Below, piece by piece: positions 30,974 to 41,016 of a stretch of 64,000 nt of DNA. Every line of letters starts with the position of its first letter. Within the stretch, counting starts at the first letter, position 1. Source of the DNA: a virus; IMG/VR virus record IMGVR_UViG_3300045988_124542, positions 1-64,000 of that record, one strand, 5' to 3'. The notes beneath the pieces are model-generated. The model was given only the letters and a program-made list of their open reading frames with translations, was not told where the DNA came from and searched no databases. The translations under genes were made by a program, and so were the position numbers.

Positions 30974-31159
30974 ATCTACTATTTCTTATTTAGAGTGAAT
31001 GTTTGCCAAATGCTTTATCCCAACGCCTGCTTGCTATCTGTACACATACTACCAACGCATCACGATATTTACGGGATTAGATGGTTCTTATGTGGCGGAT
31101 GTTGATAATCCTAACAACGCATTCGTACTGATTTTTGCAAACTGTTCACTCAATTATTT

Positions 31160-31411
31160 TTAATTTTTAATTAATTCAACTCCTATAATATCTTCGTAAT
31201 CAATATAGTTCATCATTGAAACACCGTTGTCATCATTAGCCATTATTTCAACACAAGCAGAACATCTATTGAATGCACCTTCGATTGTTATACCTGTTAA
31301 TTGCCTAAAGAATCCTAAAAATTTCTTTGGCCTGATAATCCTAATACGGACAAGATCATTCCAAGTTATTCCTTTATATTCACAAATAGATTTAAACTTC
31401 TCGGCTGTCAT
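31160..31411 (-). CDS. hypothetical protein
   Basis: 83-aa ORF. Confidence 0.4.
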   Translation of the reverse strand: MTAEKFKSICEYKGITWNDLVRIRIIRPKKFLGFFRQLTGITIEGAFNRCSACVEIMANDDNGVSMMNYIDYEDIIGVELIKN

Positions 31412-31430
31412 AATTCGATTATTTTAGCTG

Positions 31431-31715
31431 TTAGTCATTTTTTGGAATCCAGTTATCCGTATCACAGTGAAAGCAATATCCGGTTTTAGGATGCTCCGCA
31501 CCGTCTTTAGCTCCGCAGGTTCCGCAATAATATTCCTTATCATATTCTGGGGAAAGACCTTTATTTCGTTCTTTGATAACAGCTTTTCTTTCTTCGAGCA
31601 TCATCATTTTATCAGGATTACGACTCAAATAAAACTTTCTGACTTTATGTATTTGCTTATCAAACAGATCATCGGACTCGGCAATTTGTTTTGCTGTATA
31701 TTTACTCATGCTCAA
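31431..31715 (-). CDS. hypothetical zinc-ribbon protein
   Basis: CGTCG...CFHC. Confidence 0.4.
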   Translation of the reverse strand: MSMSKYTAKQIAESDDLFDKQIHKVRKFYLSRNPDKMMMLEERKAVIKERNKGLSPEYDKEYYCGTCGAKDGAEHPKTGYCFHCDTDNWIPKND

Positions 31716-31868
31716 TTATTTTTAAAGTTTATCTATTATTTTATCACCCATTTCCTGCCATTCATCACTCACGCTTATAACCAATCCTATGACAGTGAAT
31801 GATAATAGCAACGTAAAAATAAGCCATAACAGAAAGCAGATAAAAACACATACATACCTCATGATTTT

Positions 31869-32615
31869 TTAGTTGTTAGATAAAAGCAAAATCGGTTCAT
31901 TTGACTCCGCAATTGCTTTTATTTGTTCTGGATTGACAAAACTCTTAACTTGTTCGCTTATATTACAAATGGACTTGATCATATCAACGAATAATTTCGA
32001 GGTACATTCGTTACACTCCACTTCCATTACCTGTTTATGTCTATTGTATGATATGCTCGTTACACAATTCAGCCAGTGCGCATAAGTTCCTTTTTCTGTA
32101 TTTAACCTGCCGTATTCTACTTTTGTCTCTCCATTTCCATATTCAATTACTCTTTTTAGAAATGGTTTTGCATAAACACTAAAACCGAAAGGTTGGGTGT
32201 TTAAGGCATCTAAACGGGAAGTTCCATCTCTCCATTTTCCATTTTCATCGCCTCCTGTCCATTCCTTAGAGGGGTTAGGGACAATATTTCCGTTTTTGTC
32301 ATAGGAAAACACGCAATTCGTTTCCAGTTGATACTTAATAACAGGCACTTCTTCTACTATTTTATAACTCAAACATCTCTTCAGAACTTCCCTGATTTGA
32401 CTTTCCAAATCAGAAAGTGCTATACTATTGAAATATCCTTCGTTGCCTAATCTGTTTGTAGGTAATTTGATCCCATAAGAATGAATCTTGTCCACATCTT
32501 CTTTTGACAAGGTAGTGGTAAACACTCCTTCTTTGGTGACATTCACTTTAGCAGTTACAGACAAACTGTTATTAGCGTTCTTTTCCGTTATATTTAGTGT
32601 TGTTAATGCTGCCAT
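31869..32615 (-). CDS. hypothetical protein
   Basis: 248-aa ORF. Confidence 0.5.
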   Translation of the reverse strand: MAALTTLNITEKNANNSLSVTAKVNVTKEGVFTTTLSKEDVDKIHSYGIKLPTNRLGNEGYFNSIALSDLESQIREVLKRCLSYKIVEEVPVIKYQLETNCVFSYDKNGNIVPNPSKEWTGGDENGKWRDGTSRLDALNTQPFGFSVYAKPFLKRVIEYGNGETKVEYGRLNTEKGTYAHWLNCVTSISYNRHKQVMEVECNECTSKLFVDMIKSICNISEQVKSFVNPEQIKAIAESNEPILLLSNN

Positions 32616-32633
32616 AATCAGATCTTTTTAAAA

Positions 32634-32885
32634 TCAATTCGAATAAATATAATACATTCCTGCTTCATATACCTTATGTACATCAGGGTCATTCTTGTCT
32701 TCCGGTTCCAATTCACTCTCTTCACAAGTATAATCCCATTCAGAGTTGTAGTACATATCCTCGTCTGTTTTCTCCAAGGAACAATCTTTCATTAGATTCA
32801 TATTTTCTCCCCAGACTGCAACTTCTTTCTGTTGCTCTTCTTCTGTCATAAGAGATATTTTGTCTTTCAATTCTTTCCAGGTCAT
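32634..32885 (-). CDS. hypothetical acidic protein
   Basis: 83-aa ORF. Confidence 0.4.
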   Translation of the reverse strand: MTWKELKDKISLMTEEEQQKEVAVWGENMNLMKDCSLEKTDEDMYYNSEWDYTCEESELEPEDKNDPDVHKVYEAGMYYIYSN

Positions 32886-32909
32886 GATTTTTAAAAGATG
32901 ATTAATAAT

Positions 32910-33293
32910 TCATTCTACATCAAAAAGTTGATCTAACACCAATAATTCGGCATCCATATCTTCATCTTTCGGGAAACGAACTTTTATATTTCCAAACTTA
33001 GATGTCTTAAACAAGATGTAGGGGTTCATATCTTCGGCAGTCACCGGCTTATATTCCTTAACTTCCGACATCTTGAGATACCAGTCACCTATTTTTACAA
33101 ACCCAGAAAAGATAGAACACAGATGCGCTTTTACAGACTGTATCTCCTTTTTATCTTTGAAAGGTATAATTTCGTCCTTTCCCCTTATCCTGATTGACAA
33201 GAAAGGACGAATGTTATCTGTTTCATTTTGAAATTTGAAGCCTGTTATGGCTTGCTTGGGGATTCTTCTTCCCATTAATATAAAATAGCTCAT
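32910..33293 (-). CDS. hypothetical protein
   Basis: 127-aa ORF. Confidence 0.45.
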   Translation of the reverse strand: MSYFILMGRRIPKQAITGFKFQNETDNIRPFLSIRIRGKDEIIPFKDKKEIQSVKAHLCSIFSGFVKIGDWYLKMSEVKEYKPVTAEDMNPYILFKTSKFGNIKVRFPKDEDMDAELLVLDQLFDVE

Positions 33294-33604
33294 TGTGATA
33301 AGTGATTTTGTTTTATATCAGGTAAGTAATTTGTAATAACATCAAGTGATATCCATAACTCTGGCTCTATGCTATTTTTTATTCTATCACTGAAAAGAGA
33401 ATTATCATCACAATCACAATGAGAGATTGTGATATAACAATCTTGATAATCCCACCAATGAGCCGATTTAAAATCGTCTCCTCCATTCCAAAACCCTATT
33501 CTTATACCTCTTGGGTTGAAATCTTCATCTATCCAACTTGGGTGATAAGCCAACACTTCTTCTCCCTCTGAAGGTTTTTCCTCTTTGAATTTCTTCCAGT
33601 TCAT
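33290..33604 (-). CDS. hypothetical protein
   Basis: 104-aa ORF. Confidence 0.45.
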   Translation of the reverse strand: MNWKKFKEEKPSEGEEVLAYHPSWIDEDFNPRGIRIGFWNGGDDFKSAHWWDYQDCYITISHCDCDDNSLFSDRIKNSIEPELWISLDVITNYLPDIKQNHLSQ

Positions 33605-33704
33605 CTCACCTTTAATTAATTAGACACAAATATACAAGTTTTACTAAGATGCCCTTCTGTCATCTCTTTGACATACTCCCACACCTAAAGTTCGCGGTAG
33701 TATG

Positions 33705-34058
33705 TCAATCTATTGATTTCTTCCCAATCTTTTTAATCTTTGTTGGTCTTGACAATCGATAATCCTTTTCTATCGGCCTATCGAATACGTCATTCCTATA
33801 TCCTTTATATCCTTTCTCGTAAATACTAACCCTTGCACAAAACTCAACCACGTCGCCTGGTAATAAATCGGCGCTTTCGAATCCTTTTGTCAAATCAAAC
33901 CACAAATGATCTGTTACTATTTTATCATCGAGTAACACGTCTTGTAAAAGTATTGTCTTTACAGGTCCTTTATACCCATCCCTGAATCCAAAACGAATGA
34001 ATGTCGCTGTAAATACGTGCCGTTCTCTTGATCCTATTATTTTCAGTTCTTTTCTCAT
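33705..34058 (-). CDS. hypothetical protein
   Basis: 117-aa ORF directly downstream of ATPase gene. Confidence 0.45.
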   Translation of the reverse strand: MRKELKIIGSRERHVFTATFIRFGFRDGYKGPVKTILLQDVLLDDKIVTDHLWFDLTKGFESADLLPGDVVEFCARVSIYEKGYKGYRNDVFDRPIEKDYRLSRPTKIKKIGKKSID

Positions 34059-34064
34059 CCTCTT

Positions 34065-34871
34065 TCATTTATTTGTTTCACTTATGAAATTGACAACATC
34101 CTTTAGATATCCTTCTGTCATCTCTATGAAATTAACACAATCTAATTTGCTTAACTTGTAAATCAATGCCGGATTGTGTATTATGGCTATAATTTGTGTT
34201 TGTGGTTTATGGAATGACAATACATTATAAATTTGCATTATGTTATCAATATCAAGATTCCTGTCTGGCTCATCCATGAGAACCGTGTATTCAAAACTGC
34301 TTTTTGTTAATGCTATGCGGTTTCTTTTATAATACTTCAACAGGTTATCAATTCTTTTAATCCAAAACGCATTTGATTTTTTCTTGTATTCTACAAGATC
34401 TTGTATTGGAAATGTATAATCCTTTTGACCGAACATTAAATTGAAAAGTGATTCCAATGATAACACCACTTTCTCTCCATAAGATCTTCGAATATTATTC
34501 ACATACAAATCTAAGTTGCTGATGTTTTTCAATACGCTATCTCGATTCATCTCCGCCGATGGCAATAAACGGAATACTTTCCCTGCATAATCGGATGATA
34601 TGTCAATCCCATCAAAAACCTTATCATCGTCATCAAATATAGGTGGAAAATCCAGTGCCTCGGTCGGCATTTCAGAGCACATGGATTTCTCGCATAACGC
34701 ATACATTGATATGATGTTAAGCAAGGTTGATTTTCCGCTACCGTTTTTACCTATAATTACATTCACTCCTGGCTTGAAAATAAATTCTCTGCCATTTTCA
34801 AATGCTTCTATATCCGAAACATATTCAAATGGAGTTTTTGTATTGTCTTTTATTTTTACTGATGTTATCAT
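34065..34871 (-). CDS. ABC-type (AAA_15/21-like) ATPase
   Basis: Walker A GKNGSGKST, Walker B/D-loop VLMDEPDRNLD, H-loop IIAIIHNP; no nuclease domain fused. Confidence 0.7.
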   Translation of the reverse strand: MITSVKIKDNTKTPFEYVSDIEAFENGREFIFKPGVNVIIGKNGSGKSTLLNIISMYALCEKSMCSEMPTEALDFPPIFDDDDKVFDGIDISSDYAGKVFRLLPSAEMNRDSVLKNISNLDLYVNNIRRSYGEKVVLSLESLFNLMFGQKDYTFPIQDLVEYKKKSNAFWIKRIDNLLKYYKRNRIALTKSSFEYTVLMDEPDRNLDIDNIMQIYNVLSFHKPQTQIIAIIHNPALIYKLSKLDCVNFIEMTEGYLKDVVNFISETNK

Positions 34872-34882
34872 TGTAATCCTTT

Positions 34883-35719
34883 TTAAAAATCAATTACCGT
34901 CCGAACCATGTCTCCGATGTGCTTGTTGCCGGTGCCCGTGAGGCCACTGGAGAAGACCACGTACCACGCGACGGCCTGGCTGCTCTCAGTACTGGACCAA
35001 TACCACGTCGAGGAGAGGGGAGATGCCGAAACATAAGTGAATGCTTTGTTTAGTTCGTCCATATAATGGGCCATTAAATTTAATTGACCAAGAGATGGTA
35101 TATACTCGCCATCTTCCAGCAGATTTCTCAATTTTGGATTTCTGGCTACAAGGCGTTCCGTATTGCCGCGTCCGTCAATGTCAAACAGCGCATCACATTC
35201 ACGTTCGTAATATGTCCCACTTCCGGATTCTTCACGGCTATCATCGTCAAGCAATTGTACGATATCATGCTCCGTCAGTGAGATTGCAAATGACATGTAT
35301 CTGTGCTTCAACCCAATGTATCGTACACAATCTTTGGAGTTATCGCCGGTAAACGGCTCAGCGTGTCCATTTCCGTAGATTAGATACAAACCATCTTTTT
35401 TTGATGGTACTCTATTTTCACATACGCATCTTTCATTTTTGGGACTTACAATTATGTTCAACCCATTCAACACATGATCTTTTATAACCTCCTTACATAT
35501 TCTTCTTACAAAATCATAATCTCTTTGTTTAAGCTCATCTGCTACCATACATCTGATCCAATGTTCTATCTGATTGTTTCCTCCGTATGTATTAAGCATA
35601 CACTGTTTTACGAGTTTTTCCAATAATGGCTCTATGTTTTTGATTATATCTTCTTTGGTAAGGTGAAGTTCATTTAATATATAGTTCCTTACTGCCTTGT
35701 ATTCTTTACTTGTGCTCAT
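34883..35719 (-). CDS. hypothetical protein with C-terminal DUF1566-like (WSST...vRtV) region
   Basis: C-terminal YWSSTESSQAVAWYVVFSSG...MVRTVIDF resembles the Bacteroidota DUF1566 pattern as I recall it. Confidence 0.45.
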   Translation of the reverse strand: MSTSKEYKAVRNYILNELHLTKEDIIKNIEPLLEKLVKQCMLNTYGGNNQIEHWIRCMVADELKQRDYDFVRRICKEVIKDHVLNGLNIIVSPKNERCVCENRVPSKKDGLYLIYGNGHAEPFTGDNSKDCVRYIGLKHRYMSFAISLTEHDIVQLLDDDSREESGSGTYYERECDALFDIDGRGNTERLVARNPKLRNLLEDGEYIPSLGQLNLMAHYMDELNKAFTYVSASPLSSTWYWSSTESSQAVAWYVVFSSGLTGTGNKHIGDMVRTVIDF

Positions 35720-35875
35720 AATATATCTACTTAATACTGTGAATTATATTTTTTTTCTCTCTCCCACTATCTTCCCCTATAGGATTATTCCATCCGTATT
35801 TTACAGCCGTAGCTCTAAATAGAGGAAGTCTATAAAATCTATAATCATTCTCAAGATGAGCATATACTGTTGATT

Positions 35876-36538
35876 TCATTTCAGTTCTTTAATTAAAGCA
35901 TCCGCATATATTACAGCTAATTCAGCCGCCTTATCACACGCTTCCAATATTAATTCACCGTGAGGTCCACGTCCTGATACGGATGTGATCGGAAGCATGG
36001 TTTTTGCCATCTCGTATCTACGTTGTTCCCAATCTACATGGGTGCTACACGGTTCTTGATTGACCTGTATATATCTTCCTTCAATATTAGAAGATCTTAA
36101 TATTTCCGCATTCTCTTCGCCGAATGCAACCAGAATAGACCCACATCCTGGACTTTCACCTATTGTTCCATCTTCTCTGTGGAATTTTATCCTTCCTTTC
36201 ATGAACAATATACCTTTTGCTTTCGGGAATACAACATCCTGAAACATCTTATTGTCAAGACGATTAAAAAGAAGAGCTATTCCGTTATTGTGCTCTACCA
36301 TACGAGTAATAAAATGCTCTATAGTCGGTCTTGAATAAGGTGGGTTTAACCATACCCTTCCTTCCCATTTTTGTTTTAATCCATCTTGCTCTTTGTTATA
36401 CATAACCCTGGCTGTCCTCCATAACGGACGCATAGGCGCACATGGATCTAAATCAAATTCCCCTAAAGCGTCTATAATTTCTTTAGGTGTGTACCATTCA
36501 TCTGTACTGTTTTTAGATTTCTCAAATGATGTATTCAT
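35876..36538 (-). CDS. DNA N6-adenine methyltransferase (phage Dam-like, NPPY type)
   Basis: catalytic motif IV WLNPPYSRP. Confidence 0.75.
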   Translation of the reverse strand: MNTSFEKSKNSTDEWYTPKEIIDALGEFDLDPCAPMRPLWRTARVMYNKEQDGLKQKWEGRVWLNPPYSRPTIEHFITRMVEHNNGIALLFNRLDNKMFQDVVFPKAKGILFMKGRIKFHREDGTIGESPGCGSILVAFGEENAEILRSSNIEGRYIQVNQEPCSTHVDWEQRRYEMAKTMLPITSVSGRGPHGELILEACDKAAELAVIYADALIKELK

Positions 36539-36556
36539 ATATCTATGTTTTATAAG

Positions 36557-37219
36557 TTAATCCCATCCTCCAGTAGTGTACAAAGATACATCTTCCTCCT
36601 CTACGTTTACACCTTTAATAGCCTGTAGAAGTTTTTTCTTTGTCTCTCGGCACATATTGTAACCATATCCTTTATACCGATATGAGCGCTCCCATGTGCT
36701 TACTGGAAAAGGAATATTTTCGTCAATGACCAGCCTCTTCATATGAAGATGTTCGAAGAATTTCTCATGATAGAGTAGTTTGTACTCGTATGCTACTATA
36801 CTTGCAGATGAGAATGGAAAATAATCATCTTCCTTTTCTTCGTATTTAGGCTCCTTATAGTAGGCCATTTTTGCTACAGTAAAGTCGAAGCTCCTGAGAA
36901 TCTCTTCTGGCTTTCCAAACTCTGACTCTATGAACTCTATCCATGCCTTTTCTCCCTCTTTCTGGAACGCACATACCTTCTCATTTCTGTACTTAAATTT
37001 CCATCCTTCTTTCTGATGTTTTTCATCATTGAACAAATCAACAGCTTCCTGAAAATCGTCTTCGCTTTCAAAGAAAATATCAATATCTTTTACTCTTTCT
37101 CCGGAAAGGATATTCTTAAAACATCCACCAGCTATGAACCCCTTGTGACCTTCCATATATTTGTCAAGCCATCTTATTTGCCAGAAATTATCTGGAGTAT
37201 CTATTATAAAATTGTTCAT
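36557..37219 (-). CDS. Pol-beta superfamily nucleotidyltransferase, class-II CCA-adding-head-like
   Basis: IAGGCFKNILSGERVKDIDIFF = hG[GS]x9-13DhD, closely resembling GGaVRD...DvDh of CCA-adding/poly(A) polymerase heads; possible third Asp in SFDFT. Confidence 0.5.
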   Translation of the reverse strand: MNNFIIDTPDNFWQIRWLDKYMEGHKGFIAGGCFKNILSGERVKDIDIFFESEDDFQEAVDLFNDEKHQKEGWKFKYRNEKVCAFQKEGEKAWIEFIESEFGKPEEILRSFDFTVAKMAYYKEPKYEEKEDDYFPFSSASIVAYEYKLLYHEKFFEHLHMKRLVIDENIPFPVSTWERSYRYKGYGYNMCRETKKKLLQAIKGVNVEEEDVSLYTTGGWD

Positions 37220-37237
37220 ATTGTTTGTATTTTACTG

Positions 37238-37492
37238 TCACCAAGCGAGATAAAAATTCCGCTTTACTATAACACAGTGGGTATAGTTATCCAGATCAAC
37301 CCCATTTTCTTTGAATGTATCCAGAACCCTCTTTTCCACATGTTTCAATTTTACTATTATTCCCTTCCTAAACTCTTCTATTAACTTCCCGTTACATTCA
37401 ATAGGCCCAATAAAACAGTACCTATTTGAAGAACTGTCACATATGCAATATGTATCACACCCAAACATATTGCTTAAAATATCCTCGTTCAT
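37238..37492 (-). CDS. hypothetical protein
   Basis: 84-aa ORF. Confidence 0.4.
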   Translation of the reverse strand: MNEDILSNMFGCDTYCICDSSSNRYCFIGPIECNGKLIEEFRKGIIVKLKHVEKRVLDTFKENGVDLDNYTHCVIVKRNFYLAW

Positions 37493-37526
37493 AATTTCTC
37501 TATTGTTTTAATAATGATACTCTTTA

Positions 37527-37826
37527 TTATATTTCTTCTTCACACCATTCATCCTCCCCTATCAATTGTTTATAATATTCGCTATGCTCTATCGCCAAAA
37601 CATCTTGAGACAAATATTCTTGTAGCTCCAATTTGCGCATTGGAGCAAGGCAATCCAGATGCTTAGTGTCCATTTCTTGCCTATCTTCATCTACCCACAC
37701 CAACGTGTCGTATCCATAACATTCTGGACATTGGTCAGCTCCACGTGGAAGAAGCATTTGTACTCCACATTGAGTACATCTCACCCAGTCTCCATGCTGC
37801 ACCCCTTCGTATGTTCTTGTTTTCAT
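37527..37826 (-). CDS. hypothetical zinc-ribbon protein
   Basis: CTQCG...CPEC. Confidence 0.45.
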   Translation of the reverse strand: MKTRTYEGVQHGDWVRCTQCGVQMLLPRGADQCPECYGYDTLVWVDEDRQEMDTKHLDCLAPMRKLELQEYLSQDVLAIEHSEYYKQLIGEDEWCEEEI

Positions 37827-37828
37827 AT

Positions 37829-38023
37829 TTATTGTTTATCATTTATAACATTTACTTCTTCGCTCCACAAATGTCTCTTATATATCGGAGTGATGCCGAT
37901 CAGAATACCACTATCTTCGCCCCAATACTGAAGTGTTTTAGGCTCAATTTTATGATGCAATTCTTGTATTCCTCCTTTGTTTCTGTCATAAGGAGAAAAA
38001 TCAGATAATTTTACCGTTTTCAT
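37829..38023 (-). CDS. hypothetical protein
   Basis: 64-aa ORF. Confidence 0.35.
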   Translation of the reverse strand: MKTVKLSDFSPYDRNKGGIQELHHKIEPKTLQYWGEDSGILIGITPIYKRHLWSEEVNVINDKQ

Positions 38024-38754
38024 TTTTCTGGATTTTCAGCAGTTCCTAAAAGATATTCATTGCCCTCAAAAGGAATGCAATAAACATACACTGTTCCATT
38101 CAAGCATTCATATTTAATCTCCCCATCCTGATCGTCTGTAATTGTTCTTATGAATAAACTGGCCTCCCAATTATCGTCCTCATAATATTTTGCTAACACT
38201 TTGTCAAACGGCTTAAACTCATATTTCGTCCTTTCTTCAATTCCGAAGAAGCGTTTTAGATATTCTTTTGCTTTAGGATTTTTGCTTTTCTTTAACGCTT
38301 TAATCATCTTCTGTTTTTCCGAATCTGTTGCAAGTCTATAACATTCTATGTGGTTTTCGTGTGCAGCCAAATTATCCGATATATTAAGACTTTTTCCCGC
38401 TGCAAGACTCGCATAAAAAGATGTTAAATATTTCCCATGCGTATTTAAAATAAAAATATAACTTCCATCTTTGCTGCTTAACACATCTCCATCTTTAAAT
38501 GTAGTATATTCCGGGACTTCAAGAAGGAGGCGATTTTCGCTGCTAAATGCTTTTCCTGTAGCAGAAAACCAATCTGCCGATACAGAAATAGAATGAATTA
38601 CAACCAATAACGGACAAATTGACGAATTGTCTTCATATACTATTTCTGCTCTATTTCGTCCTTTCTCTGTCACAATCTGACCTACTCTTTCCCCTATGTT
38701 TATTTTTTTCGCCGTTTCTAAATCAAACGGGATTGTTACCATTTTATATTCCAT
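38020..38754 (-). CDS. hypothetical protein, tandem paralog 1
   Basis: shares IPFDL.TA.KI N-terminus and FKPF..VL...W...LF....DG.KYECL.G....CIP.EGNE.LLGT C-terminus with 38759-39550. Confidence 0.6.
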   Translation of the reverse strand: MEYKMVTIPFDLETAKKINIGERVGQIVTEKGRNRAEIVYEDNSSICPLLVVIHSISVSADWFSATGKAFSSENRLLLEVPEYTTFKDGDVLSSKDGSYIFILNTHGKYLTSFYASLAAGKSLNISDNLAAHENHIECYRLATDSEKQKMIKALKKSKNPKAKEYLKRFFGIEERTKYEFKPFDKVLAKYYEDDNWEASLFIRTITDDQDGEIKYECLNGTVYVYCIPFEGNEYLLGTAENPEK

Positions 38755-38758
38755 AATC

Positions 38759-39550
38759 TTATTTGTTTTTATTGGTTCCTAAAAGATGTTCGTTCCCTTC
38801 GTATGGGATACACTGACTAAATCCTACCCCTCCTAAGCATTCGTATTTATTATCTCCTACTGATTCTCTGGAAAATAGATGCAATTTCCACCTCTCTTGG
38901 TTAGTTCTTCTCACCAGCACTCGTTCAAATGGTTTGAAGTCACGTTTCGGCATCTCATCTAATAGATACTCATATTCACTTAAATATCGTTTTATTATAT
39001 CTATTTTTCTACTGTCTTCGGCTTTTATAATCTTTTCTGCTAAAAATTTCTTCTCTTCTTCTATAGCCTTTCTTACATGCCGTTTTTTATCTTCATCATA
39101 CACATCAGTCCATAATCCGCTATGATCAAACTTAATATCTCCAGATGTTACCATTCCACATATACTTCCCATTACCCCTTTGGTAATAAGTCCATCATAT
39201 ATAAATTGACATCCTTTAGTGCTTGTTAATACATCTCCTTTCTTAAAATACGCTCCAGCCTCTACCCTCAATTCCAGAGTGGTGCCGCCAATAATACAAC
39301 CTTCCGTGTTGGCATATATAGCACTTATCCCATATCCATCTTTTTTTACAAAAAGCAAATTATAAGGACCTGCACAGTCTTTCGACTCATATACAAATTC
39401 TATTTCAATATTATCAATTAATACCGAACCTTCTATTTCTCCGCTTTTAATTTTTCTCGCCGTATTTAAATCAAACGGAATAATAATTGCATTTTCCATA
39501 TTTTTCTTGTTTTTAGTTGTTATAAAATAAGATGGGTTACTTACGCCCAT
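38759..39550 (-). CDS. hypothetical protein, tandem paralog 2
   Basis: see paralog 1. Confidence 0.6.
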   Translation of the reverse strand: MGVSNPSYFITTKNKKNMENAIIIPFDLNTARKIKSGEIEGSVLIDNIEIEFVYESKDCAGPYNLLFVKKDGYGISAIYANTEGCIIGGTTLELRVEAGAYFKKGDVLTSTKGCQFIYDGLITKGVMGSICGMVTSGDIKFDHSGLWTDVYDEDKKRHVRKAIEEEKKFLAEKIIKAEDSRKIDIIKRYLSEYEYLLDEMPKRDFKPFERVLVRRTNQERWKLHLFSRESVGDNKYECLGGVGFSQCIPYEGNEHLLGTNKNK

Positions 39551-39789
39551 CCCAGTTGCTTTGCAATACTTTCCATCTCACTATACGCAATACGATGACA
39601 TCCGGCTGTCAGTATATCGTTTTCATACCGGTTTATGCTCCACTTATTGCCACCCACGTCCTCTACCAGGCCATGCCGGAACTGGCCTCCCCGGTGCAAC
39701 AGTGACACCATCTGCCACATCCTTCTGGCTTCTTCTATCCCGATTTTTATTTGTTTGCTCGTTTCAATAATTCCCCCTTTTATGCGCAT
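39541..39789 (-). CDS. hypothetical protein
   Basis: 82-aa ORF. Confidence 0.4.
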   Translation of the reverse strand: MRIKGGIIETSKQIKIGIEEARRMWQMVSLLHRGGQFRHGLVEDVGGNKWSINRYENDILTAGCHRIAYSEMESIAKQLGWA

Positions 39790-39855
39790 CCAAGCATTTA
39801 CGTCAGCACAATCAATAAAATAAGGTGATTATATACAACTTTACACCATCTATAT

Positions 39856-39901
39856 AAAACAGAAGCCGGATAATGATTAACGTATATCCGGCTTCTGTTT
39901 T
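39856..39901. terminator. perfect 17-bp-stem hairpin (AAAACAGAAGCCGGATA...TATCCGGCTTCTGTTTT) flanked by A/T runs
   Basis: read directly; lies between two minus-strand genes, immediately downstream of the transposase-associated small ORF. Confidence 0.6.
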
Positions 39902-39907
39902 ATATGG

Positions 39908-40096
39908 TTAAAATTCTTTTTCGTTACCACCTTTTTTAGAGGTGGTTTTATCAAAAAGAGGGTCGTTAGGATCTGTTTTGGGATTATAGCTAAATATACT
40001 TTTAGCTATTCTCTTCATATCCTTCTCTAATTTTCCACTTTTACTACTTCTGATCGTAGTAGTGGTTGATATTGTGAATTTCTTATTTTTTTTCAT
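39908..40096 (-). CDS. hypothetical small basic protein, coupled to transposase gene
   Basis: 62 aa; start overlaps transposase stop by 4 nt. Confidence 0.4.
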   Translation of the reverse strand: MKKNKKFTISTTTTIRSSKSGKLEKDMKRIAKSIFSYNPKTDPNDPLFDKTTSKKGGNEKEF

Positions 40097-41016
40097 GCCG
40101 TAATTTTCTTTAGTTGTGAATACCTTAATCGTCGTTTGGTATTCTGCAAAAATACATCGAATCTTTCAGATTCCGATAGATGTTTCGTGTTATATCTGAA
40201 AGATTCGCAATCTACATATCTTTGAAGATGTTTTCTCGACACCCAGAAATGGGTTCCAGAAATCATTTTCTTCAAATGGCTCCAATATCCTTCGATTGTG
40301 TTTGTTGATCTTCTGCCTATTACATACGCTCCCTTTTTGTGATATACTTTTTGATGATCAAACTTTTCTTTGTTGATCCCGTTATACGCATACCATTCGT
40401 CAGAATATATGGTAGAATTAGGATGAACGGTATTGTATATCAAAGGAAGTAAGGTTTTACCTTTTGTGTCTGTAACGACATAAGCGACAACAAATCCTTC
40501 TCGTTGGAGTGTCCCAAACACAGGGGTTTTATCTTTTAAAGATCTCCCCTGTGCATCTTTAACTTTATCCTTACTATGTCTATTCTTGTTTTTGCCACCA
40601 ATATAAGTTTCATCCACTTCAATCTCGCCTTTCAAACACGGCTCTTTTATTTCAATACTAAAACAATTATGAATACGTTGAAGCATAAACCAAGCCGTTT
40701 TCTGTGTTACTCCCACGATTTTAGACAACTGTAAAGATGATACTCCTCTTTTCATTTCAACAACAAAATAACAAGCCAACATCCATTTTCGTAATGAGAC
40801 TTTCGAATTTTCAAAAATCGTTCCTGTACGAACATTGAAATATTTACCCGTGTTTTTACACTTGTATCTATTTCCTTTGCATTTATACACCTTAGATTCC
40901 GGATCAAAAGGAGAAACAACGTGATCTCCCCACCTTTCTTTTTCAAGAAAGGTTATACACGCTTGCTCATCAGGGAACAATTTTGAAAATTCGGGAAGTG
41001 ATTTAAAATCGAACAT
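40093..41016 (-). mobile_element. IS1595-family (ISXO2-like) DDE transposase gene
   Basis: N-terminal zinc ribbon + HTH (KCKGNRYKCKNTGKYF...TQKTAWFMLQRI) and hallmark GEIEVDETYIGGK DDE block; terminal inverted repeats not identified by eye. Confidence 0.8.
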
